Source of the DNA: Octopus vulgaris | Taxonomy: Eukaryota | Direction: 5' to 3' | DNA length: 64,000 bases | Assembly: GCA_951406725.2 (NCBI GenBank) | Contig: OX597819.1 | Coordinates: 82,336,001-82,400,000 of the forward strand | Shown here: positions 1 to 12,806 of the stretch, in pieces | How positions within the stretch are numbered: the first letter of the stretch is position 1 | Layout: the number at the start of each line of letters is the position of its first letter | Notes under the pieces: model-generated | The model's input: only the letters and a program-made list of their open reading frames with translations | Told to the model about the DNA's origin: nothing | Database searches by the model: none | Position numbers and translations under genes: made by a program

Positions 1-889
1 AGTAAGATGATTTAACTGTAATAGGACACCTGCTGTAGTGATGCTTCTGTGGAAATAATAGCTTCAGAATAAACCTCTTCTATTGCAATTTCTCAAATAA
101 TTTTTCTTGTCATTTTACTTCAAGAAGTAACCTTACTCACATATCCATAGTATTTAGCCAGACAAATGTTACCAATGTTAATGATTCTTGTTTGCCTTTA
201 AGTAACAGATTCTATAAAGTCAACTAGATTGTTTTCTGCTAATGCATTTAACTGGTTTTAAATCTAATCTATAAAAATTAAACTTCAAATGCTATGTTCT
301 CTCTGTTTTTAAGCTTAGACACATTTGCAGTATGTCTCAAAATACATTAAAAACAAGTTTTTAATGTTTACAATCATGAATAACTTTAATGTCCTCATCC
401 TGTTCAATTTTGCAGTACTCATCTTGAGCTCTGAGTTACAAAAAATATTGAGCCTAAACTAGACAAGTAATCATTCCATTCTTGGTATTGGGTAAGAGTA
501 GCCCAAAATACAATTGTTGATTTGTACTTCCTAATGTGCAATCATTCATAAACTGCTATTATTAGCCTAAACAATTGCCTGACACATACTTTACCTCACT
601 ACAATCACATTTAATTATAATTTTGGCAACTTTGCAGTCTGTTATAAATGTATTGGTGTACAATCTATTTGAGTCAATTTAGTGAGTTGTTCACAACCTT
701 CTATGATAAGTTACATGGAAAAATATTCCCATCAAAGTTCAATATGTTAGGACTAATTAATTCAAAGTCATAATGTGCCTCTGCCAAATGAAATATGTGA
801 CAATTCCAACATATTTTTTACATTATCTTGAATTAATTTCAACTTTCCAATAGAGTTCAAGTCTTGAAAGATCAATAGTTTATTTTTTT

Positions 890-1050
890 AGCTCCAAGTC
901 AGCCTTAATTGACCAGACCTATGATCAAAGGCATTCTAATCATAACCATCCCAACATTTTAAAAATAGAATAAAGAATGATTTAACAAACATTTGGCTGC
1001 TATTCCAGACAGGTCTAGTGACAATGCAGAAGCTTTCTCATGAGGCCAAC
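890..1050 (-). mobile_element. Degenerate SINE-like repeat ('tagaaatagcagccaaa' family)
   Basis: Contains gacctatgatcaaaggcattc and tttggctgctattcc, shared with copies at ~16150-16320, ~17020-17190 and ~25270-25600. Confidence 0.55.
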
Positions 1051-2061
1051 CATCAAAGGTAATTAATATTGCTGTTGTGTCTCTAAAACTCAGGGTATCT
1101 GCTAGTTAAATGGATAGAATTGGGCAAGTGACTTTTGTAGCTAACGATATAGACAATAACAGTACCATTTATTTCATATTTGATATTATTGATATGTGAA
1201 CTGAGACTGAAAGAACTGATGTCCTAAAATTCATCCTTCTGAGTTGCTTCTAACTCTCTTCTTTCTGTGTGGTATTTGCTTTGAATCATTTTTACCTCAG
1301 CTCATTTACTAAAAAGAAAATGGAATTTATTTGACTTACAAAACCATTATGAACCATATCCTCTTACCCTTCACATATATTCTAATTGTTTCAAAAGCAT
1401 GGTGTTCTCTTTGGATATGCAATAAAGTACAGACACTCCAAATGATTTGCTTAGAATGTATAGCCTGCTCAACTTTGGTTCCCAGTAAAAATATTATGAA
1501 CTCTACCAAATGAGAAAACCAGATAGAGAGCATATAACTGAGGTGAGATCTAATAATTAGAGACAATACTTTCCTTTTGGTTGACCATTTGAATGAGAAA
1601 CTTCTTCATTTTCAGTCCACTAAATGGATACTGGCTAAGAAAATTCATTTCATTATTTCTTGCTCCAAAGTATCTTCTAACTTTATAAGCTCACAAACAG
1701 AAATTTGAGTATTAATCATCATTAGCAAATCTGTTATGGCTTCACACATTAGCTACTTCATTTCAGGTAATTTGAGATGTTTATTAATTATCATTGTTGT
1801 TATTATTATTCATTAATATATAATATAATCTACCTCAACTAATTTCGTTTGTCCTTTGCAACCATGCAAAAATGGATGTTAAAACAATGATGATGCTTGC
1901 TTCGTTCTGTCTTTTAAGATATGTGTTACAATGTTACTCGATCTTTAGCTTATCAGCAATCTTTGAGTATAGCAATATAATTAAAAATGAATCCAACAAT
2001 AATAGAGAAATTAAAACAAAACAAAAAATAAAAGTGGCTTTCTTGAATTACCGAAAAGAAT

Positions 2062-2904
2062 AAGTCCCCACACCCCTGTGGCAAAATGTTACAACATTGT
2101 CTCTCAAAATAAACATGAGAGCGCAGCTTCGTGGTGCCCAGAAGGCATCAGATTTTGCATCTGACACATTGTCAATCGGAAACGGTATTGTTCCGCTCGA
2201 TGAAAACGGAGAACTGTCAGTAATTCCGATGAACTAGAGGCACACGTCTTCCCAAATCTACGAAGGAACTACCTTGACATGAATTAGATTTCCAAAAGAG
2301 CCATTTTGGCTCCAAAAAACAACAGCACAGTGACCGCTCTCAATGCTAAGTTGCTGCATTCGCTTCCTGGAAGGCTGCACGTATACGGGTCAGTCGATTC
2401 TGTACCCGACGACGACCAGGCAATGAACTATCCAGTGCAATTTCTTAATTCCCTTGACCCACTTGGGCTACCTCCTCATACACTGGAAGTTAAAGTCGGA
2501 GCTCCTGTCATGCTGCTGAGGAATTTAGACCCTCCAAAGCTTTGCAATGGAACACGCTTGATTATTAAGAAGGTTATGCATTATGTTCTTGAAGTCACCA
2601 TTTTGTCCGGCTGTGGCAAAGGAGAGGACGTTTTCACCCACAGAATCCCCTTCATTCCATCTGGTGCAGATATTCCCATTGCATTTCGCCGTCTGCAGTT
2701 TCCGCTTAGACTATGTTTTACAATGTCAATCAATTAGTCACAGGGGCAGACACTATCGGTGGCAGGGCTGCATTTAGATGAACCATGCTTCTCACACGGT
2801 CAACTATACGTCGGTTGTTCCTGGGTGAGAAGCAAGGAAAGTCTCTTCGTTTACTCACCCCAGGGTAGAACGAAAAATATTGTCTACCAAGAGGTATTAG
2901 GATG
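2062..2904 (+). pseudogene. Helitron Rep/Hel C-terminal PIF1-like helicase, disrupted
   Basis: LWQNVTTLSLKINMR...IGNG upstream. ORF 2306-2737 has GLPPHTLEVKVGAPVMLLRNLDPPKLCNGTRL and RRLQFPLRLCFTMSIN. The frame continues past a stop as *SQGQTL...CFSHGQLYVGCS...TKNIVYQEVL. These are classic Helitron helicase motifs. Confidence 0.93.
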
Positions 2905-3242
2905 AGACTTCGTAACTGTTTACACTGTGAAAAGGTAACGTACAGTTTCACAAAGCAGCTGATTTAGACATCATCCTCTCAGACGTGTGTAATGGGCTTT
3001 ATATCCGATTTTACTCTAAAACTAACAGCACACAATCAGCCCATTTCACAAAGAGAAACCTATTAAGTTACACTCCTCTTAATTTTTAACAAAAAAAAAA
3101 AAAAAGAGGGATAATTACTCCAACAATAGCTTAAGGGGGAATCGAGCATCTTTAAGGACGTAACTTCAACCGATTAGTGTTTTCTTATGCGCTTCTAATA
3201 CATTCAATGTATAAGCACAAAGGAGGCATGCAATGTTACTCC

Positions 3243-3822
3243 TGTAGTGATCCTATAACGGCGCGCTCGCGCACCGTCCATTTTCTATTTCACGCGTGTT
3301 GGTGCCTTTACCAAGGCAGAAAAGGGAAGGGCCCTCTCGCGCATGCGCGAACCACCGGAAGAACCCTTTTGCCTACGTGGCATTTAGCGAGTCAAGGGGG
3401 TCGTAGAACGTTTGACCACTAGCAGCAGTCAGCGGGGACTTGGGACATGGCTATCGAAGGTACTACACGTATATTCTCTGTCCGTATTTGATAGCAGTCG
3501 GCCGAAGACTTTTAACCTGAATTGTTGCAGTCATCATCTTCTTCCTCCGGACGCCAATTTTGACCCGTTCTGTTTTTAGCGGCTGAACATTGTAAATATT
3601 ACTATCGATTAACTTTCAGCCTTGCGCGCCCAGAACCAAGGACATCAGATAACCACTTATTGTTACTGTTACCAAGAAAGAGAATAAAGTAGTATATATA
3701 TCTTTTACGTCTGCGTCTTGTTGTTTCTGACTGGTAGAATTCTGGATTATTAAAGCAACGGCTAGTGATTGCTTTCTTGTACCCCGAAAGAGAAGATATT
3801 CACTCACACTAAGTTCGTTACA
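3243..3822 (+). mobile_element. Solo LTR (Gypsy-like, 4-bp TSD) nested in the Helitron
   Basis: TGTAGTGA...TCGTTACA termini; CTCC on both flanks (3239-3242 and 3823-3826); internal AATAAA near 3683; more GC/CpG-rich than its flanks. Confidence 0.8.
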
Positions 3823-4423
3823 CTCCAATTAACTGGTAGAGGCTTATGAAAAGGGCAGAGATACATAGAACGCATTCGCTATGGCAGTTTCGGGAATTCT
3901 GCGACATAAATGGTGTAGACAAACATTCAACGACGATACTACCTATACATCATGACAACTAATCAACATTCAATCAACCCCACTCCCATTTTAATGACTG
4001 TCATATTTAACGATTGTTTAAACAGCCCAATCCTCAAAAATGCTCACTTGTGAAATACACGTTTTGATCCACTCTCTGTGTCTACATCTGATAAACCCAA
4101 ATATAATTCTACACACCATTGCAAAGCACACTACAACTTTGCATTATCGAATGGCACCGGGCAACAGTGATACAGAGAGGTATGCAACATGAGTCACTAC
4201 ATGGACGGTGGATAAACACTTATTTGTCATAGACTTAGTGATGTTAGATTGCATTGTCAACTCTAAACTTAACCTAAATAAAACTCTATAAAACTTTAGA
4301 ATGCCCAATTCATTTTTGCACTACCGATTGAGGTCCAGACTGCTGTAATGTTGACTGACAACATAACTAGACCCTCTAAATATTTAATACTTTCTGACCC
4401 GTGCAACGCCAGGTACTATTGCT

Positions 4424-4480
<57 letters not shown>

Positions 4481-4638
4481 GACGGGCTTCTTTCAGTTTC
4501 TGTCTACCAAATCCGGTCACAAAGTTTTAATTGTCCCGAGGTTATAGTAGAAGACACTTGACCAAGGTACCATGCAGTGGGACTGAACCCAGAACCATGT
4601 GATTAGGAAGCATGCTTCTTACCACACAGTCACTCCTA
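4481..4638 (-). mobile_element. tRNA-derived SINE (family A)
   Basis: Reverse strand reads aggagtgactgtgtggtaagaagcatgc...ggttctgggttcagtcccactgcatggtaccttggtcaagtgtcttctactata (A/B-box-like head); also at 23810-23943 and ~37360-37520. Confidence 0.8.
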
Positions 4639-5306
4639 CGTCATCGTTTACAATTTTGTTCCAATTGCTTTCAAATTTGGTATATGGATTAAGTCTTGTA
4701 TATTAATTATGAAAATGAAATTCATTTTCCCGATAAATCCATAATTAAAAAGTTATTTGCCTTTAAAATTTGCAAAATTTGGGTATTTTAGCCAATGAAA
4801 AGCGAGTATTTTACACGTCACTGTAGCGAAGAATTGTTTCCATAGTAACCATAGATGCTGCGCATGCACACAAGGAGGAGAAAGATTATTTATTTTATAA
4901 AATCCTAGAGTATATTGCAAAATTTCGTTCTTGATTTTTTTTAAATAAAAGTCTGTTTTAAACTGTGTTTTAACTATTATTTCTAGCAACTCCTGTTGGT
5001 TTGTTTGGTCGTAGCTTTTAAATATTTAATTTACACGTGAATGTTGTCTGTTTACTGTAGCTAGTTTAATGCTTTGACGTGCCGATCCCCACCACTTCCC
5101 GATGATGGAAGAGACAGCGAACGCGCTCTTTTCTGATTGGCTAAAAATTCTGAAAATTATCAAACTTTGAATACCTGTAGCATTTTCGCAAAATTTTTCT
5201 GGAATAACTGAATAACAAATTCAGATTCAGTGTCAAAAGTGACATCTATATGATACATTAAGCATTTTAAAGATAATTGTAAACAATGACGAAAACCACA
5301 AAGATC

Positions 5307-5307
<1 letters not shown>
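4639..5307. mobile_element. Non-autonomous DNA transposon (MITE), GGATC-type end
   Basis: Inverted repeats cgtcatcgtttacaatt (4639) and aattgtaaacaatgacg (to 5291); inner inverted ttagccaat/attggctaa; right end ...cacaaagatcc. Left tip apparently lost at the SINE. Confidence 0.65.
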
Positions 5308-5363
<56 letters not shown>

Positions 5364-5401
5364 CATACATACATACAAGGTGTCCAAAAACCACAAAGAT
5401 C

Positions 5402-5446
<45 letters not shown>

Positions 5447-5514
5447 CACATACATACATACATACATACATACATACATACATACATACAAGGTGTCCAA
5501 AAACCACAAAGATC

Positions 5515-5569
<55 letters not shown>

Positions 5570-5602
5570 TATATATATACATACATACATACAAGGTGTC
5601 CA
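5292..5602 (+). repeat. Three tandem copies of aaaaccacaaagatcctataa-(TA)n-(CATA)n-caaggtgtcca
   Basis: Units start at about 5292, 5387 and 5501. Confidence 0.9.
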
Positions 5603-6478
5603 AAGAGTCACTGATAGGTTTCAGTTTTTAATAACTTCCTTAACTTTACAAATACATAAAATTTTGATACAATATAAAGGACATAATGGAAATTAATATG
5701 CACAAGTCAAATTTTGAAACACCACTACATCACAAATAAAAAAAATGACATCGCTTAAATGGCAGCCATTTTCAGTTTCGCACGTCCGTGCGCTTTCCAA
5801 AAGTTGCACCATAACACCCTCAAGAGTTTTAGACCCCACTTCTCTGATTTCTGTATTGACGATCTCCTTCATTTGCACTAGGGTCTCCAGTTTGTTGATG
5901 TAAACCCTCTCTTTCAGGTATCCCCACAAGAAAAAATTCGGGCTAGTCAAGTCCGGGAACGTGAAGGCCAGTTGGCATTGCCGTAGCGGGAGATTATTCT
6001 CTCTCCAAAGTACTGTCGTAGCAACCGCATTATATCTCTTGCGGTATGAGCAGTTGCTCCATCTTGCAGGAACCATGTGTGAGGTCTACCTGAATGGCCT
6101 TCACGTTCTCCAGACTTGACTAGCCCGGATTTTTTTTTTGTGGGTATACCTGAGAGGGAGGGTTTACGTCAACAAACCGGAGACCCTGGTGCAACTAAAG
6201 GAGAATATCAATAGAGAAATCAGAAAAGTGGGGTCTGAAACTCTTCAGGGTGTTACGGTGCAACATTTGGAAAGAGTACGAGCGTGCAAAGCCGAAAACG
6301 GCTGCCATTTAAGCGATGTCATTTTTCATATGTGATATAGAGGTGTTGCAAAATTTGACTCGTTGCATATTGATTGCCATTATGTTTCTTATATTGTATC
6401 AAAATTTCATGCATTTATTTGTAAAGTTAAGGAAGTTATTAAAAACTGAAACCCACCGGTGACTCTTGGGACACCTTG
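5592..6478. mobile_element. Palindromic (fold-back) Tc1/mariner derivative
   Basis: TA|CAAGGTGTCC...GGACACCTTG|TA. Arms ~5592-5971 and ~6094-6478 both encode the transposase C-terminus (PDLTSPNFFLWGYLKERVY; ORFs 5693-6076 - and 6138-6335 +). Confidence 0.9.
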
Positions 6479-6532
6479 TATATATATGTACACTCTGAAT
6501 ATATATATATGCACATATATATATATATATCT

Positions 6533-6875
6533 GATCGTTGCCAGAGCAGCCAACTGGCTTCCGTACCCGTGGCACGTAAAAGGGCACCATTCGAGCGTGA
6601 TCGTTACCAACGTCGCTTCACTGGCACCTGTGCCGGTGGCACGTGTAAAAAGATTCGAGCAAGGTCGTTGCCAGTGCCGCCTGACTGGCTCCCGTGCCAG
6701 TGGCACGTAAAAAGCACCCACTACACTCTCGGAGTGGTTGGCGTTAGGAAGGCAATTCAGCTGTAGAAACTGCCAGATCAAGATTGGAGCCTGGTGCAGC
6801 CATCTGGCTCGCCGGCCCTCAGTCAAAATCGTCTAACCCATGCTAGCATGGAAAGCGGACGTTAAACGATGATGA
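6533..6875 (+). mobile_element. SINE-like element with ~65-bp internal triplication and catggaaagcggacgttaaac(gat)n tail
   Basis: Three units start tcgttgccag/tcgttaccaa. The same tail occurs at ~33470, ~34690, ~41830, and on the minus strand at ~37550, ~45930 and ~53020. Confidence 0.8.
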
Positions 6876-6904
6876 TATATATAAGTAGGTTCACTAACTT
6901 GATC

Positions 6905-8780
6905 CTCGCCGGATGAAACTGTACGACAGTTTTATGATGAACTAGCACAATTATTGAGGAAAATACCAAGTTTTGACAAGCTGGTCATATTGGGATATCT
7001 CAATGCAAGAGTTGAAAAGGATTATGTTTCATGGCCTATTTTAGGTCGACATGGGATTGGAAAATGCAATAAAAATGGAGTAGCCTTTTTTACGCTTTGT
7101 ACTGAGAATAATCTAGTTGTCACCAACATTCTGCTGAAGCAGAAAAATAAATATAAAACTACCTGGATGCACCCAAGATCTAAGCACTGGCATCTCATAG
7201 ATTATATTCTGATCAAAAAACGTGATACGAAAGATGTTTCTAGCGTTCGGGCCATGAGAGGGAAAGAGAGGTGGACTGACCATCATCTAGTGCGTGGAAA
7301 AATAGATTTTTCGATAATGCCTAAAAATTGACAGTCTGGTCCTAAGGTACCCAAAAAGTTAAATGTTGCAAACTTTAAATTATCAAGCAACTTGCAAAAA
7401 TTCCACGATGCTATAGAAAGTACCAATCTTGACCCAAACAATCTATGGGAAGATTTCAAAACAAAACTATTTCAGGCTGCAAGTTCATCAGTGGGAGTTA
7501 AATCACTTAAGTCCAGTGGCTGGTCCTCAGATAGATCAGCAGAAATTCATGATCCACTTTTATAAAAACAAAACTTAGGCAATAGATTTCTTTCTCCATC
7601 CTTGAACCCCAACTCAAACGAAGCATGCTGAAAGGGAAAGTGCAGACTGCTCTAAGGAAAATTAAACAGGAATGGTGGAATGATAGAACAAAAGGGGCAC
7701 AAGAAGCAGCTGATAGAAATGATGCCAAGGGTTTGTACTCTTATGTTAAGGAGGTATATGGCCCAAAATCTTCAATAGCTCCAGTGAAAACAGCAAATAG
7801 ACGTTTGCTTGACTGACACCGCTTCTATTCATAAGCGCAGGGTAGAACATTTTTTTGTACTTTTGAATAGACCATCATCCGCTGACATGAGGTTGATAGA
7901 ATAAAATCGAACACCTCCCAGTTATAGAAGAGATGGCATTTGAACCAACTCTGAATGACATTTATTTAGCTGTGAATAAGCTGAATAACAATAAGTCTCC
8001 AAGGTCTGATGGAATGTGTGCAGAAGTCTTGAAATATGGGGGTGACAAAATGTTTGAACTCTTAAATATATTAAATTGTCACTGTTGGAGAACTGAGAAA
8101 GTGCCTCAGACTGGGTTGATGCCATTTTAGTCACCTTGTATAAATCGGGACCAAAGGATTTGTGTGTAATTTTCATGGGATTTCGCTTTTGTCTGTGGTT
8201 GGAAAGGTGTTTGCCCGCATTTTGTTAGAACGTTTAAATACCTTCATAGTTCCAAATATAGTGTCTCAGTCTCAGTGTGGTTTTCCTTCCTCCAGGGGCA
8301 CAGCTGATTTTATCTTTACAATTACAAGAAAATTACATTGAACAGAATCTTGCTTTATACCATTGCTTTGTTGATTTGAGCAAAGCATTCGATACTGTTA
8401 ATCGAAATGTTCTGTGGTTAATTCTAAGGAAAAGAGGTTGCCCAGAAAAATTTGTAAACATGATCAAGGCTTTACATCAAGATGTGAAAGCTAGAGTTAA
8501 CTTTGGTGGTGGGCTCTCTGAATCTTTTGCCTTGGAAAATGGAATAAAGCAAGATCTTGATGCATCCACCTTCTTTGCAATATACTTTGCTGTTGTAGTA
8601 TCACATGATTTTCAAAATTCTGAGGAGGGTATTTACATAAAACATCGAACAACATGGAGTGTTTTTAATCTGATCAGACTGAAATTCAAAACGAAGGTTT
8701 TTACTTCACTCATTAGGGAACTTTTATACGTTGACGATTGCGATCTTGTCAGTCATTCTGAAACAGGTCTGCAATCTCTT
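6905..8780 (+). pseudogene. RTE-clade LINE fragment (APE endonuclease + reverse transcriptase), degenerate
   Basis: ILGYLNARV, TWMHPRSKHWHLIDY, WTDHHLV, KSPRSDG, FVDLSKAFDTVNR, GCPEKFV, GIKQD, LLYVDDC; many stops and frameshifts. Confidence 0.92.
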
Positions 8781-9597
8781 GCTTATGCGAACATCCAGCG
8801 GTTAGGGTTCGAATTATTACAAAAAGAATTTTTTTTTTTACATATGACAGAAATATTGGCCATTAAAATATTTATGACACAAAATTGTTTCAGTATTTAT
8901 TGTTAGAACTTTCTTTTGAATATCTTGTCTAGAAGAAATGCTTTTGTACAGGATCAGCTTTCTTGGGAATCGAATCTGCAACGTGTCTATGTAAAGAAGG
9001 TACTGTTTTGTCGACAATACCATATTTAGTAATAAAATAACTGTAAATGTTAATCCGCTAACACAAACAGATAGACAAACATATACGCTCTTCAACATTT
9101 ATTCTAGCCAATAATATCGCACTGCGGTTGTGATAAGTTGTTAGTGTCAAAATGATGATAGAACGTTCCAGAACATTCCATCAATTTTTTGTTATAATTA
9201 AGTTAAAAGCTTTGATTCTAAACTCGTCAGAGATTATTTTAATATAGTCTAAGATTCTCGTCAGAGTCACCTCTTACAACAGATCGTTTTCTTCTTTTTC
9301 TTCTCTCTCTACAGATTCGTTTCCTCCTTCTTCTCTCTCAGATTTGCGGTTATATTTCATTTTGATCATAGAGCTACTCGATCAAGTCTGACCAGCAATA
9401 ACATAATACGAGATGATGCGTTCAGTTGTTAGTAGGCCACAACAGCATTTCTATATTTAGATAAAAGTACGCATATTAATAATACTTTTCACAATCACAC
9501 TATTTATTTTTACATAATTTGATATTTTAACTCTTCAAATATGGCTACTGTTACTATTCGCTTATTTTCATATATTACAGCTTGAATTATATTTGTG

Positions 9598-10319
9598 GAA
9601 GCTTTTCCTTTTGAACGGCAGTTTTCAACACAATTTCTAGTTAACTAAACACTTTTAAACATCGTATACAGGTAGAATGTGTCAAAATAAAACATTTTTT
9701 CTCTTGGCTTTCTTGAGAAAATTGTAATTTGTAAGTTTAACGTAGTTTAATTTTTCGAATTTTAACCAATCCTATGCCCTCTATTGAGCTAAAATCATTT
9801 ACTGCGTCTAAAACAGACAACATCCTGTCACTAACCCTAACCCTAAATTTTAGCCTTTCGTTTTTTTTCTTAATTGTTAAATTAATTTAATTGTTACGCG
9901 TGTGTCTAAAATTATTCGTTTTGTTTTTGTTTTGAGTTTTTGCTTTCGTTTTAGCCTTTCGTTTTTTTTTTCTTAATTGTTAAATTAAACTTATTTTCCA
10001 TTGCTTTCGTTTTTTTTTTCTTCATTGTTATCCTTAACAATTAAGAAAAAAAAACGAAAGGCTAAAATTTAGGGTTAGGGTTAGTGACAGGATGTTGTCT
10101 GTTTTAGACGCAGCAAATGATTTTAGTTCAATAGAGGGCATAGGATTGGTTAAAATTCGGAAAATTAAACTACGTTAAACTTACAAGTTGCAATTTTCTC
10201 AAGAAAGCCAAGAGAAAAAAAATGTTTTATTTTGACACATTCTACCAGTATACGAAGTTTAAAAGTATTTAGTTAACTAGAAATTGTGTTGAAAACTGCC
10301 GTTCAAAAGGAAAAGATCT
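9598..10319. mobile_element. Palindromic MITE with 8-bp TSD (Merlin/hAT-like)
   Basis: TSD tatttgtg at 9590-9597 and 10320-10327; ~280-bp inverted arms (9598-9880 and 10035-10319), each carrying short (CCCTAA)/(TTAGGG) repeats. Confidence 0.9.
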
Positions 10320-11894
10320 TATTTGTGTGTTAAACATTGATTGTGGGTTTTGCTTTCTTGATTTCTAGGGTTAACAGACGTTAAAAAAAAATGTGGGCCG
10401 CGTTGGAAAGAGGGTTGTGCATCACTAGATATAGTGTAGCATTGTAACTGAGAATATTAAAATCATACATCCCGTTTCTGTGAAGAAAAATTCAGTTCTA
10501 TTTTCTAAATTTGATTTATTGATTGGTATCAAACCCGTTTAACTTAATAAAAAAAAAAGAGAGAAATCTGGGAGGCCAATCCTGTTTGGTTGAAAAAAAA
10601 GATCAGTTAACGTGAAATTTTCTATCCATTTTCGGTAGGTTATTCTGTCTAATTGCCAAAACTACCGGTTAATTCCAAACTTCAAATAACTGCATTTAAA
10701 TAAGATACAGAAAAACAGGTTAATTTCCTTTTTGCAATGATTACAGTGCAATCAAGTTTAACTCTGCCTACCACCGTTGGCTTAATAAGACAAGGGCTAG
10801 ATTGGGTTATGTATGGTATGTCTGGATGTTAATAACTAATTTCAGAGTAAGCATAGTACTAGATTAGGAAAAAGACTTGTCAGGGTTTTTAATGGTGGGT
10901 GTAAAAAAAATTCTGCTGACTGGGAGGGATCGTACAGGTTTCTAAATTTTGTATGTATGTATATATATATATAACTTCCTTTTTAATTTTAAATACACGT
11001 TTCTATTAGACTACATATATATGACTTGAAAATATCTATTTTTGTAGCAACATTTTAAAAACAGTTTATTTCACCATCGACTTCTTTTGCTCTTTATTTA
11101 TTTCCATTATTATTTTGTTATACTTCCAGCGATGTTTTCAATTTCCAGCCTACCAATTAAAGCTGACGTTAACTTTATATTTTTCTTTTGCATATTCAAT
11201 ATCGTCAATCATCCATAACTTGATACTCTAATGATACGTTTCCGTGTTTATTTGAAAAATAAAAATGAAATAACTGTTTTAAAAAAAAGATAATAGTAAA
11301 CTTAATGATTTAGTTAGTAGTAATTACAATATAATTCGTCATTTCTATTTTGTGTTTTTAATGTTTTCAAATCAGAGCATGTGAGCAAATAAATTATTGG
11401 TTTGAGTGAGTTTTATTTTCATTTTGAATGAAGATTAATGAGCAATTCCGGCATATAACTTTGATAAGAAGTACAAAGATAGCAAAAATAATGATAATAA
11501 TAAAATACCCTAATAAGTTAAATAACCCAGTCAACAAATTGATAAATTATAATACAGGAATATTTTATTAACTTAAAGAATCGAAAATAATTTCTTTTCT
11601 CTTTCATACTAATCTAATCCTAATATTTATCTGGTGGTTGTTCATAATTACTTTTTTGTTTTTTAATAGTACAGTGCACGCTTGATATATTTTTCGAAGT
11701 ATAGTTCAATAAGCTGAATGTTTATTACCATTCAACAAACTGAATGTATATATTTATTGTTATTTCGAATTACATTACAGTAAATGGTTTATATTAAAAC
11801 CTCATCACCGTCTGACCCATCAGTTATTTTACTTTCATTCTTTCAAGTGGGATTTACGTCTTTGCTCATTCTTACGTAACGATATAATATTAGA

Positions 11895-12180
11895 TTGGTT
11901 TTTTGCAATGAAATTTTATAGAAATACCTTTCATACATTACGGTTATGAAGAAATTTATTGGGAAAATATTTTCCAAGGAGGTGGGGTGAGAACTTCGGA
12001 AAATTCACAAAATTCGAGTTTTTCCCTCATAGCTTTTAGGAAAATTGGGTTTTTTCAATGAAATTTATATAAATACCTTTGAAACGGCATACATTATGAC
12101 TATAAAGTAATTTGTGGGGAAAATCTTGAGGTGGGGAGAGGACTTTCGGAAAATTTCTAAGATTCGAATTTTTCCTCGTT
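11895..12180 (+). repeat. ~150-bp tandem dimer; inverted copy at 14319-14532
   Basis: ggttttt(t)caatgaaattt...cggaaaatt...gagtttttccctcatagc occurs twice; the reverse complement occurs at 14319-14532. Confidence 0.8.
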
Positions 12181-12769
12181 ATGTTCCGAAATCACATTCA
12201 ACTTTCTACAAATACTCTAGCGTAGTACTACTACACTACGTAATGTTTCTTTCTACCCGCTTTCAATAATATTTTAATGTTTTGGCTTCAATTTTATTTC
12301 ATTTTCAATTATTTTTACGCTTTTTTAACCCTTCGTCGTTATTCTCATTTACTCGTTATTACTTTCTCTCTCTCTAGTTATCTATCTATGTATATGTATA
12401 TATATATTTACACTTCTCAACGAAAACATAACGATGTAAGAAATTTGAAAAGCTTAACGCGAAACCGGTCATTTCTTCAAAAACGATGTCATTGTATGAA
12501 AAAAATTTATAATATTCTTCTGACATAATGACTCAAATATATATATTTTTAACCTTTTAAAACAAGCCTTCTGTAGTTTTTTCACTTTTTACTATTTTCT
12601 ATATATTCAACCACGTGCTTTCACACACCAACTTTCTCACCTATATATATATATATGCATATATATATATATACATACTTTTATGCATGCATATATATAT
12701 ATATACTTATATACATGCATATATATATATATATACTTTTATGCATGCATATATATATACTTTTATGCA

Positions 12770-12802
<33 letters not shown>

Positions 12803-12806
<4 letters not shown>

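Larger units (their letters stand above)
2062..4425 (+). mobile_element. 5'-truncated Helitron (helicase relic to 3' terminus)
   Basis: Helicase relic plus 3' end cccgtgcaacgccaggtactattgCTTG|t (4398-4425), resembling the hairpin+CTAG end at 14231-14258. Confidence 0.65.

Noticed and set aside
1368-1502. Possible 135-bp minus-strand exon (tttggtag|...aagg|gtaaga) within ORF 1336-1566
   Set aside because: Splice sites are plausible, but the peptide resembles nothing recognisable and no partner exons were found.
5292-5602. Repeat-spacer pattern superficially like CRISPR
   Set aside because: Spacers are microsatellites, the context is eukaryotic, and there are no cas genes.
9126-9281. Possible short solo LTR (gttgtga...ttacaaca with agaacgttccagaacattcc)
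   Set aside because: No TSD and an imperfect 5' TG end; insufficient support.
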